In this document: one piece after another, positions 42,245 through 50,348 of the stretch
Numbering within the stretch: position 1 is the stretch's first letter
How the letters are laid out: the number at the start of each line of letters is the position of its first letter
IMG/VR virus record: IMGVR_UViG_3300014039_000007
Coordinates: 1 to 55,901 of that record
Direction: 5' to 3' (one strand)
Source of the DNA: a virus
DNA length: 55,901 bases
Notes under the pieces: model-generated
What the model was told of the DNA's origin: nothing
Databases searched by the model: none
What the model saw: the letters and a program-made list of their open reading frames with translations, nothing else
Position numbers and translations under genes: made by a program

Positions 42245-43300
42245 GTGATAAATTTGATAAAACTACAAGATACAATAATACAATCTGATATTCAATCAAT
42301 ATTAGATATACTTAAATTTGACCTTGCTCAACATGGAGTAGATAGATTTCATATATTTAGAAACAATGGAGAAAACATCCAGACGAATTGTCCTTTCCAC
42401 AAAGGAGGACAGGAAAGAAAGCCATCTTTCGGAGTAAATGGAGAGATTGATAAATGCCACTGCTTCGCCTGTGGTTGGTCGGGAACAATAGAGGAAATGG
42501 TATCCGAATTATATGGTTATGAAGATGAAGGTAAATTTGGAAAAAGATGGCTGATTAAAAGATTTAATACAGTAGAGATTGAAACAAGACCGAATATAAT
42601 GGAGGGATTTAATGCAAGGAAAATCAATTTATCCAGAGGAATTTATAAAAGCTCTACGAGAACATCAGAAGGAAAATCCAGAGAAATGGGAGAAGCTGGA
42701 AAAGGAGATGGGTATGAAAAGAACAGAAACTTGGAAGAAAGAGATAAAACAGTCATTACAGAAGAAGAACTAGAAAAATATAGATATATTCATCCTTATA
42801 TGTATCAAAGAGGATTAACAGATGAAATTATAGAAAGGTTTGATATAGGATATGATAGAGAACGAGAAGAGATTACTTTCCCAGTTGCAGATTTGCAAGG
42901 AACAGTTAGATTCATTGCAAGCAGAAGTGTCAAAAGCAAATTTTTCAGGCTCCCAAAAGGGCTGGATAAACCTGTATATCAGGCATATAGATTTCAACAT
43001 GGAGAATATAAAGAAGCTTTTATAACAGAATCATTTTTAAATTGCTTGACTTGTTGGAAATATGATAAGCCTGCTATGGCTATGATTGGCACAGGAAATA
43101 AAAAACAATATGAGATTTTAAATAATCTTCCTGTGCGTACTTATATATTAGCATTTGACCCTGATGAAGCCGGAAGAAAAGCAACAGAACGATTTAGAAA
43201 ATATGTACATGGAAAAATAATAAAAGAGCTTGTATATCCAGATGATAGGGATATAAATGATTTGCAAGAAGAATTTTTAAATTGCAAAATTATTTTTTAA
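42245..43300 (+). CDS. dnaG: DNA primase (DnaG-like: CHC2 zinc finger plus TOPRIM)
   Basis: CPFHKGGQERKPSFGVNGEIDKCHCFACGWSG. Start is GTG 42245 or TTG 42254. Confidence 0.85.
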   Translation: MINLIKLQDTIIQSDIQSILDILKFDLAQHGVDRFHIFRNNGENIQTNCPFHKGGQERKPSFGVNGEIDKCHCFACGWSGTIEEMVSELYGYEDEGKFGKRWLIKRFNTVEIETRPNIMEGFNARKINLSRGIYKSSTRTSEGKSREMGEAGKGDGYEKNRNLEERDKTVITEEELEKYRYIHPYMYQRGLTDEIIERFDIGYDREREEITFPVADLQGTVRFIASRSVKSKFFRLPKGLDKPVYQAYRFQHGEYKEAFITESFLNCLTCWKYDKPAMAMIGTGNKKQYEILNNLPVRTYILAFDPDEAGRKATERFRKYVHGKIIKELVYPDDRDINDLQEEFLNCKIIF

Positions 43301-43307
43301 AAATCAC

Positions 43308-43336
43308 TTGACATCTATATTTGTATGTGTTACAAT
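43308..43336 (+). promoter_or_regulatory. early promoter copy P5
   Basis: TTGACA 43308-13, TACAAT 43331-36. Confidence 0.75.
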
Positions 43337-43376
43337 ATACTTGTAAGTAAGAAATACATAGAAAGAGGTAATTAAT

Positions 43377-43577
43377 ATGATAAATTTTAAAGGAATGGAA
43401 TTAAAAGTAATTGAAGCTACTGCAAATGTAAATGGAGAAGAAACAGTATTATGTGAAAAACCTAATGGAAATTATACAGTTCTTACAAGAGATTCACATG
43501 ATGCATCATATAATTCATTTGCAAGAAGCTTTAAGACATTGGAGCAGGCAAGAAGACATTTTGAGAAAGTTGCATAA
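43377..43577 (+). CDS. small protein (66 aa) after P5
   Basis: ORF track. AGAGG RBS. C-terminal SFKTLEQARRHFEKVA. Confidence 0.5.
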   Translation: MINFKGMELKVIEATANVNGEETVLCEKPNGNYTVLTRDSHDASYNSFARSFKTLEQARRHFEKVA

Positions 43578-43611
43578 TAAAAAGTGAAGCGATAACACAT
43601 AAAACACTATT
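43578..43611 (+). repeat. 34-nt element repeated at 54403..54437
   Basis: TAAAAAGTGAAGCGATAACAC(A/T)TAAAACACTATT. One mismatch between the copies. Both follow a small ORF downstream of a P5/P6-type promoter. Confidence 0.7.
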
Positions 43612-43613
43612 AT

Positions 43614-43718
43614 GGTATAGTATGCAAGTGGCTAAAGCAGGCAAAACAAAGAGAGCTGATGAAGGAATAACAGCTGTGAACCTTTAATGTTTCGTGGGTT
43701 CGATTCCCACCTATACCA
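43614..43718 (+). tRNA. tRNA-like element (105 nt), non-canonical, no assignable anticodon
   Basis: 7-bp acceptor GGTATAG/CTATACC plus A. D-like arm TGC-AAGTGGCTAAA-GCA. T-arm GTGGG-TTCGATT-CCCAC. In place of an anticodon arm there is a ~50-nt extended helix (43644-51/43682-92 and 43654-58/43671-75). Confidence 0.4.
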
Positions 43719-43891
43719 AGCCGGGTATGACGGACTACCCGAGACCAAGTAATTAGTAAAAACAGTAAATGAACCCGGGATAGTTTACTTAGTATGAAAA
43801 TTACAGCTCCGATTATAGCTTGTATCAGTGAGGTGGTGGACTGGCTTGGTGCTAATGACGATTAGCAGGTAGTTGGTATGAGCTATATTAT

Positions 43892-43962
43892 AGCCCTTTA
43901 GCCTAATGGTAGGGTAACAGACTTTGATTCTGTTGGTGTGGGTTCGAACCCCACAAGGGCTG
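43892..43962 (+). tRNA. tRNA-Gln (anticodon UUG)
   Basis: Hand-folded cloverleaf. Acceptor AGCCCTT/AAGGGCT. Anticodon arm ACAGA-CTTTGAT-TCTGT. T-arm GTGGG-TTCGAAC-CCCAC. No encoded CCA. Confidence 0.8.
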
Positions 43963-44019
43963 TTTTCCTACTTCCCCGAGTAGGATATACTGAATGGGTT
44001 GTTAGGTTCTCATTCAGTC

Positions 44020-44089
44020 TGGAGTATAGTATAGATGGCGAGTGCGTGTACCAGCTGGCAAGGTGTAGGTTCGATTCCTACTACTCCAG
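44020..44089 (+). tRNA. tRNA-like element (70 nt), acceptor and T-arm canonical, no foldable anticodon arm
   Basis: Acceptor TGGAGTA/TACTCCA. T-arm GTAGG-TTCGATT-CCTAC. The interior contains the palindrome CCAGCTGG but no 5-bp/7-nt arm. Confidence 0.35.
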
Positions 44090-44154
44090 ATTATAAGATA
44101 TTAAATCTTATAAGAAACTAAAAACACTAAAACAATTAAGAAAGGAATTAAAAC

Positions 44155-44838
44155 ATGGGAAGAATTAACTATGATGATGTAGACAAGTATGGCGGTTCTG
44201 ATAGTGAATTTTTAAAACTTGAGAATGACGGTGACATGGTAACAGCACAGCTTCTTGTATCTGATATGGAAGATGTTGATATCTATGCTTGTCATCAGGC
44301 TGTTGTCGGCAAGTGGGATGATGGAAATGATAAGACAAGATTTGTTAATTGTCTTAGAAACTATGATGACCCTATTGATGTATGTCCTATGTGTGCCGCA
44401 GGCTTAAAGACACAAGTTGTAATGATGTTGGCTATGGTTGACCAGCAGGACGCAAAGATTAAGATATGGAACAGAGGAAAGACTTTCATTCCTAAGATTA
44501 AAAATCTTGTAAATCGTTGGGGTGATATGCGTATGCAACCAGTAGATATTATTCGTAATGGCAAGAAAGGTGATAAGAAAACCAAGTATGATATACAGGT
44601 ATCTCCAGCAAAGCCTATTGATATCAGTAATTTTGAAAAGCCAGACTTTTTAGGTGGTTACATTATGGATAAGACAGCTGATGAAATGCAGGAATATCTT
44701 GATACAGGTTCATTCCCTGATACAGATAATACAGACACTAAGCAGGAAGATAATACACAGGTAAGACGCAGGAACACAGAACCACTTCCATCAAGAAGAG
44801 GTGCAAGCAGAGCAACAAGCAGAAGGGCAGGTATGTAA
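44155..44838 (+). CDS. ssDNA-binding protein, T4 gp32-like zinc motif
   Basis: FVNCLRNYDDPIDVCPMCAAG resembles the gp32 Zn site. Acidic then Arg-rich tail. Position upstream of polA. Confidence 0.5.
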   Translation: MGRINYDDVDKYGGSDSEFLKLENDGDMVTAQLLVSDMEDVDIYACHQAVVGKWDDGNDKTRFVNCLRNYDDPIDVCPMCAAGLKTQVVMMLAMVDQQDAKIKIWNRGKTFIPKIKNLVNRWGDMRMQPVDIIRNGKKGDKKTKYDIQVSPAKPIDISNFEKPDFLGGYIMDKTADEMQEYLDTGSFPDTDNTDTKQEDNTQVRRRNTEPLPSRRGASRATSRRAGM

Positions 44839-44839
44839 T

Positions 44840-45016
44840 ATGGCTAACAGAAATAAACATATGGCAAGAAGTCAGTACAGTTATCATAATAAACCAGATT
44901 TCACGGATTTTGAAAGAAAAGCTAATATGAAGCAGGTACAGAAAGCATCACAGATGAGTTCAGTTGGTTTACTTGGAAAGTTAAAACAGGCTTTTCATAG
45001 AATGACAAGTAAGTAA
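44840..45016 (+). CDS. small basic protein (58 aa)
   Basis: In-frame ATG 44840 just after the upstream stop. Confidence 0.4.
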   Translation: MANRNKHMARSQYSYHNKPDFTDFERKANMKQVQKASQMSSVGLLGKLKQAFHRMTSK

Positions 45017-45026
45017 GGAGAATTAT

Positions 45027-47288
45027 ATGGCTTTATCATTTGCAAGACCAAAAACAAGTGATAAGAGTATAGTCCAGAAGTCTAAAACAATAATGAATAG
45101 AACAAGTATAAGGGGCGGCGGTGGTAATAACATTGCCGCTCAAATACAGTCTATAGTGGCTATTGCTAATCAAAAATTGGCAATACATAAAGATGACTAT
45201 ATTCTTATTAGAGAACCTGACCAGTTATATGAGTACATGAAAGAAATGAAACAGGTTGGGGAGGGTGCGTTAGATACAGAAACAACAGGATTAAATCCGT
45301 TACTTGTAGATATAGTAGGTGGTTGTATCTATACTCCAGGACAGAAAGCGGCTTATATTCCTATTAATCATAAATCTTATATAACAGGTGTAAGGACGAA
45401 AGACCAGTTAGATGAACAGACAGTTTCTAAGATTATGAAAGATTTCTATAAGAATATCAGATGGGTTTTTCATAATGCTAAGTATGATATCCGTGTATGT
45501 AGAAAAACATTAGGAATAGATATTCCACCTTACTGGGATACAATGTTAGCGGCTTATTGTATAGACGAAGAAGAAAGTCACAGATTAAAGGATTTACATT
45601 TAAAATATTGTGATAGTAAAGATACAGAATCTTTGACATTTGAGGCTTTATTTAAAGGTGTAACATTTGATAATATTCCTATTTCTACAGCTTATCTATA
45701 TGCCGCAGGTGACCCAATTAAGACATATGAGTTATATGAGTATCAGAAAACAATACTTAATAGAAGAGTATTATCTGGTCCTTATAATGTATTTAAGAAT
45801 ATTGAAATGCCTTTGATATCAGTTGTAGCAGATATGGAAGATAGGGGAGTATGTTTGGATTTTGATGTTTGCAAGAATCTACATGAAAAATATCATGCTA
45901 TTAGAGAAGAGCGACAGAAGCAGGCAGATGAAGCAATAGCCATGTATCAGAATGAGATTGATACTTATAAGATGAAACATCCTGATAATAAGCTGTCAGA
46001 CCCTATATCATTATCCAGTCCTACACAGCTTGCAATATTGTTTTATGATATCTTAGGATTAGAAAGTCCAGATAAAAAAGCACCTAGAGGAACAGGTGAA
46101 GATATCCTAAAACACTTTGCACAGGGCAAGGAAAAGAATATCTGTGAGGCTATTTTAGGAATGAGAAATGTTGAAAAGCTGATAGGAACTTATATTGATA
46201 AGATGCCTGAAATTGCTCTTGAAGATGGAAGAGTTCATGCAAGCTATAATCAGTATGGTGCTAAGACAGGACGATTCAGTTCACAAGACCCTAACCTACA
46301 GAATATTCCTTCACATAATAAGGAAATTAGACAGATGTTTAAGGCTCAAGACGGCTATGTGCTTATAGGTTCAGATTTTAGTCAACAAGAGCCTATGGTT
46401 ACAGCTCATTTATCCGCCGACCAGAAAATGCAGGAAGCCTTTATAAATGGAAAAGATATCTATGCTACAATAGCGGCACTTGCTTTCCATAAGCCTTATG
46501 AAGAGTGTAAAGAGTTTAGACCTGATGGAACAGTCAATCCAGCAGGTAAGGAAAGAAGAAGTCAAGCTAAGAGTATTGTATTAGGTATCTTATACGGACG
46601 ACAGATTCCTTCCATTGCAGAACAGCTTGGAGTATCTACTAAGGAAGCTCAAGCCATATATGATAAGGTTATAGCTTCCTTCCCAGCTCTTGGAAAGTTC
46701 ATTGAAGATTCCCAAAACATGGCAAGAACTGAGGGCTATGTGACTACAGCATGGGGCAGAAGAAGACATTTAAAAGATATGCAATTAGAGCCATATGAAT
46801 TTAGTTATAGTGGAAAAGTAACTAATTTTGACCCTTTAGCTTTTGGCAGTGAAGTATCTACAGAAGTTCCAAAAAAAGTAAAGGATAACTATACTAAACA
46901 GCTTCAAAAGGCTTTTGGATGGAAAAAGAAAAATGATATAATCCAAAAAGCATTAGCAGAAGGAATTAAAATTAAAGATAATGGTGGATTCATATCACAA
47001 GCAGAAAGACAATGTGTTAATGCAAGAGTACAAGGTTCAGCGGCAGACATAACAAAGCTGGCAATGATTGCTATAAACAATGATGAGAGAATGAAAGAGC
47101 TTGATTTCCATTTGCTTATACAGGTGCATGATGAAGTTATAGGTGAGTGTCTTATTGAGAATGCAAAAGAAGCAGGGGAAAGACTTTCATATCTTATGAG
47201 AACAGCACCAAGTCATTTGATTAAACTTCCATTCAAGTGTGATATTTCATACACAAGCAACTGGTATGGAGAGGAGTTGTCTATTTGA
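45027..47288 (+). CDS. polA: family A DNA polymerase (Pol I-like) with 3'-5' exonuclease domain
   Basis: DTETTGL (Exo I), KTGRFSSQDPNLQNIP, RRSQAKSIVLGILYG, QVHDEV. Confidence 0.9.
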   Translation: MALSFARPKTSDKSIVQKSKTIMNRTSIRGGGGNNIAAQIQSIVAIANQKLAIHKDDYILIREPDQLYEYMKEMKQVGEGALDTETTGLNPLLVDIVGGCIYTPGQKAAYIPINHKSYITGVRTKDQLDEQTVSKIMKDFYKNIRWVFHNAKYDIRVCRKTLGIDIPPYWDTMLAAYCIDEEESHRLKDLHLKYCDSKDTESLTFEALFKGVTFDNIPISTAYLYAAGDPIKTYELYEYQKTILNRRVLSGPYNVFKNIEMPLISVVADMEDRGVCLDFDVCKNLHEKYHAIREERQKQADEAIAMYQNEIDTYKMKHPDNKLSDPISLSSPTQLAILFYDILGLESPDKKAPRGTGEDILKHFAQGKEKNICEAILGMRNVEKLIGTYIDKMPEIALEDGRVHASYNQYGAKTGRFSSQDPNLQNIPSHNKEIRQMFKAQDGYVLIGSDFSQQEPMVTAHLSADQKMQEAFINGKDIYATIAALAFHKPYEECKEFRPDGTVNPAGKERRSQAKSIVLGILYGRQIPSIAEQLGVSTKEAQAIYDKVIASFPALGKFIEDSQNMARTEGYVTTAWGRRRHLKDMQLEPYEFSYSGKVTNFDPLAFGSEVSTEVPKKVKDNYTKQLQKAFGWKKKNDIIQKALAEGIKIKDNGGFISQAERQCVNARVQGSAADITKLAMIAINNDERMKELDFHLLIQVHDEVIGECLIENAKEAGERLSYLMRTAPSHLIKLPFKCDISYTSNWYGEELSI

Positions 47289-47290
47289 TA

Positions 47291-47343
47291 TTTACATTAT
47301 ACCAATTATATGTTATATTATAGAAGTAACATATAATTGGTAT
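47291..47343 (+). promoter_or_regulatory. promoter (TTTACA-17-TATATT, TG-extended) embedded in a 17-bp perfect hairpin upstream of HEG2
   Basis: Arms 47299-47315 and 47327-47343 (ATACCAATTATATGTTA / TAACATATAATTGGTAT). SD AGGAG at 47346-50. Confidence 0.5.
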
Positions 47344-47356
47344 ATAGGAGATATAT

Positions 47357-48076
47357 ATGATAGGAATTTATATTATCACAAATAAACAATCAGGAAAATT
47401 TTATATAGGTAAATCAAAAAACATAGAAGGTAGATTTGCACACCATAAAGCAGAATTAAGACATAATAATCATTATAATATTCATTTGCAACGAGCTTGG
47501 AATTTATATGGTGAGGAATCATTTGTATTCAGTGTTCTTGAAGAATGTAAAGAAGATGAATTAAACGATAAGGAAATTCATTGGATTAGTGAGTTTGGTG
47601 GTTATAAGAGTGAATTTATGTATAATCAGACAAAAGGTGGGGATGGATTAGCTTTATTTGGGGAAGATAATGGTATGTATGGAAAACATCATACACCAGA
47701 ATCTTTATTAAAAATGCATATTAAAAAAGCTGGTTCATCTTTAGGAAGTAAAAATCCAATGTATGGAAAACATCATACAATTAAAACAAAAAAGAAGATA
47801 AGTGATGCTAATAAAGGTAAGATATTATCCACAGAACAAAAGGAAAAAATTTCAAGAACATTAAAAGAAGGGTATTCTAAAGGAATTTATAAAGAAAAGC
47901 AACCAAGTAAATATACAGATGAATTTATGAAAGAATTAAGAGAAGAATATCTTAAATGTAAGTCTTTTAAGGAAGTTGCAAATAAATATAATATACCGTA
48001 TGAATGTTGTAGATGTGCAATTACATTTAATAGGACAAATGTATCAAATCAAAAATCATTGAAACGATATATTTGA
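47357..48076 (+). CDS. GIY-YIG homing endonuclease with NUMOD3-like repeats (free-standing)
   Basis: IGIYIITNKQSGKFYIGKS...RFAHH. MYGKHHT repeats. Confidence 0.85.
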   Translation: MIGIYIITNKQSGKFYIGKSKNIEGRFAHHKAELRHNNHYNIHLQRAWNLYGEESFVFSVLEECKEDELNDKEIHWISEFGGYKSEFMYNQTKGGDGLALFGEDNGMYGKHHTPESLLKMHIKKAGSSLGSKNPMYGKHHTIKTKKKISDANKGKILSTEQKEKISRTLKEGYSKGIYKEKQPSKYTDEFMKELREEYLKCKSFKEVANKYNIPYECCRCAITFNRTNVSNQKSLKRYI

Positions 48077-48119
48077 TTTTACTCAAAATTGGTATGGAGC
48101 AGAAATGGAAATAAATTAA
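48066..48119 (+). pseudogene. remnant/duplicate of the polA 3' end
   Basis: DIFDFTQNWYGAEMEIN* compared with the polA C-terminus DISYTSNWYGEELSI*. Confidence 0.5.
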
Positions 48120-48138
48120 GAAAATTTGAAATTTCATA

Positions 48139-48167
48139 TTGCAATCTTCTTTTTTATGTGCTACAAT
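48139..48167 (+). promoter_or_regulatory. promoter (TTGCAA-17-TACAAT), diverged relative of the early promoter family
   Basis: TTGCAA 48139-44, TACAAT 48162-67. The leader shares AAGTTAAAGATAACA...AAAGGAGGATA with the P6 leader. Confidence 0.55.
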
Positions 48168-48213
48168 ATACACAAGTTAAAGATAACAAACACATAAAAG
48201 GAGGATACATATT

Positions 48214-48714
48214 ATGAGTAGAGAAAAGTTAGAATCAATGAAAGGTGCAGAGTTAATTGCATACGCTGACAAGTTAGGAGTAAAGGTTAGTTGTAATAGG
48301 GAAAGAACAGGACTTAAGGAATCAAAAGCAAATGTTATTGATAAGATTTTAGCATTTGAGAAAGAACATTCTGCCAAAAATGAAAAGTTAGAAAATAAAA
48401 AGAATAATATTGACTTGATTCTTCCTGATATTATTGATTCTTTATCTGATTATATTCAGGTACCTTATAAGACAAATAGAAATTATATCACAATAAAGAC
48501 AAATACTGAAAAGCCAAAGAGACTTGCTGAGGTTGATGTTCTTTCCAAAAAGGTTACAGTATATATGAGAAAAAAAGTTGATAATTTACCTGAAGGAATT
48601 TCATTTCATAAATATGTAAATAATACTTTAGGAAATTGTTATCATATATCATATGATTGTGATTATATTGAGTGTATTAAGCTATTACTTAATGAACAGG
48701 AGAAAGGAGTATAA
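48214..48714 (+). CDS. hypothetical protein with N-terminal SAP/Rho-N (HeH)-like motif
   Basis: LESMKGAELIAYADKLGVKV. Confidence 0.45.
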   Translation: MSREKLESMKGAELIAYADKLGVKVSCNRERTGLKESKANVIDKILAFEKEHSAKNEKLENKKNNIDLILPDIIDSLSDYIQVPYKTNRNYITIKTNTEKPKRLAEVDVLSKKVTVYMRKKVDNLPEGISFHKYVNNTLGNCYHISYDCDYIECIKLLLNEQEKGV

Positions 48715-49629
48715 ATGGATCTATATTTTGCATCAAGTGGAAACAAAGATATGGAAATATTGCTTGAAACAAAGCATTGCCACAGACTGTTTACACAGCT
48801 TGAAAAATCATCTATAAAGCGTTGTATTGAAATGAAAACCAGGCATAATCCAGCAAAGTTATTTATAGATTCTGGCGCATTTACAGCATGGACGAAAGGA
48901 ATACAAATTGATGTAGATAAATATATTGATTATATAAATGGTCTTGATGATAAAATAACAATATGCGCTCAAGTTGATTGTATTCCGGGCACATTTGGTG
49001 GGGTAAGAACACAAAAAGAAATAGAAGAATCTCCTATTAAAAGTTGGGAAAATTATCTGTATATGAAAGATAAATTAAAATCTAGGGATAAATTGATTCC
49101 TGTATTTCATCAGGAGGAAAGTTTTGAGCATTTGAAAAAAATGCTTGAATATAGACATTCAGATGGTACACCAATAGCATATGTTGGTATATCACCTAGT
49201 AATGATAGGTCACAGTCAGATAAAGAAGATTTTATTGCAAGAAGTTTTTATATTATAAAACATAGTTCAAACCCTAATGTAAAAACTCACGCATTTGGAA
49301 TGACAAACTTATCAATATTAGAGAGGTATCCTTATACATCTGCTGACAGTACATCCTGGAAAATGTCAGCGGCATTTGGTAGCATAATGACAAGATTAGG
49401 AACAATAGTAATAAGTTCTGAACAATTAAAGGATAAAAAGCATATTGAATATATGCCAAAAAGTGTTAAAGATTATGTTAAGTCTGAATGCTTGAAATAT
49501 GATATTGATTATGATATGTTATACACTGATTTTTGCACAAGGGCAAAATTTAATATAAATTATCTTAAAGACTGGGCAGATAACTATGAGTATAAACCTG
49601 TCACAGTTCATAAGAAGTCATTATTCTAA
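48715..49629 (+). CDS. dpdA: DpdA-like DNA-guanine transglycosylase (TGT superfamily)
   Basis: Motif pattern LFIDSGAFTAWTKGIQIDVDKYIDYI ... THAFGMT ... YTSADSTSW recalled from phage DpdA proteins. Adjacent to yhhQ. Confidence 0.6.
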   Translation: MDLYFASSGNKDMEILLETKHCHRLFTQLEKSSIKRCIEMKTRHNPAKLFIDSGAFTAWTKGIQIDVDKYIDYINGLDDKITICAQVDCIPGTFGGVRTQKEIEESPIKSWENYLYMKDKLKSRDKLIPVFHQEESFEHLKKMLEYRHSDGTPIAYVGISPSNDRSQSDKEDFIARSFYIIKHSSNPNVKTHAFGMTNLSILERYPYTSADSTSWKMSAAFGSIMTRLGTIVISSEQLKDKKHIEYMPKSVKDYVKSECLKYDIDYDMLYTDFCTRAKFNINYLKDWADNYEYKPVTVHKKSLF

Positions 49630-49638
49630 ATTGGTTAT

Positions 49639-49676
49639 AAGGTGCTGTTTTGTAATCTTCTGACACCCAGCACCTT
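49639..49676 (+). promoter_or_regulatory. 9-bp hairpin with 20-nt loop in the yhhQ leader (riboswitch-like or terminator-like)
   Basis: AAGGTGCTG / CAGCACCTT. Loop CUUCU (49657-61) is complementary to SD AGGAG (49698-702). Confidence 0.4.
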
Positions 49677-49712
49677 CATAATAAATATTAAAAATAAAGG
49701 AGTGTTGTAAAA

Positions 49713-50348
49713 ATGAACAACAAAAAAGTATCAAGTATCTTATTAACACTATGCGTGGTATTTGTATCATGTATTATTATGAGTAATGTTTTAGCAAATG
49801 AAACTTTACAAGTGTACAAGTGGAGTTTAGATGCAGGCATATTTCTATTCCCTATAACTTATATATTATCTGATATTTTTTCAGAAGTATATGGTTATAG
49901 ATGGTCAAGACGTGTCACATGGATGGCAGTAACATTGAATTTAATATTTTCATTACTTATAATCTTGGCTTGTAAATTACCTCATCCTGTTTGGTTCGAC
50001 GGTTCACATTTTGAACTGGCATTATGTGGGTCATTTAAGATTGTTCTTGCAAGTGCTATTTCTTATCAATGCGGGGATTGGGTAAACGATATTATATTTA
50101 AGCATATGAAGAAAAATCATTCAGATTCAAAAGGGTTTATCATTAGAGCTATCTCATCATCATTAGGAGGAGAATGTGTTGATTCAACGCTATTTGTTTT
50201 AATAGCATTTTTAGGTACAATGCCGTTTTCTGAAATTTTTCCTATGATTATAATGAATATTGTTTGCAAGACGGGATATGAAATTATAATTTGTCCATTT
50301 ACAAATATCTTAATGAAAAAGATTAAAAAATTAGAGGGTATTGAATGA
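49713..50348 (+). CDS. yhhQ: YhhQ/VUT-family queuosine-precursor (preQ0/preQ1) transporter
   Basis: Polytopic membrane protein. FLFPITYILSDIFSEVYGYRWSRRVTWM matches the YhhQ signature. Confidence 0.8.
   Translation: MNNKKVSSILLTLCVVFVSCIIMSNVLANETLQVYKWSLDAGIFLFPITYILSDIFSEVYGYRWSRRVTWMAVTLNLIFSLLIILACKLPHPVWFDGSHFELALCGSFKIVLASAISYQCGDWVNDIIFKHMKKNHSDSKGFIIRAISSSLGGECVDSTLFVLIAFLGTMPFSEIFPMIIMNIVCKTGYEIIICPFTNILMKKIKKLEGIE

Noticed and set aside
43677-43693. Possible ochre-suppressor anticodon loop (CUUUAAU, anticodon UUA) inside the first tRNA-like element.
   Set aside because: The flanking stem is only 4 bp including a G-U. It abuts the T-arm with no variable region, so the geometry is not tRNA-like. 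TAA is also used as a normal stop by many genes here.
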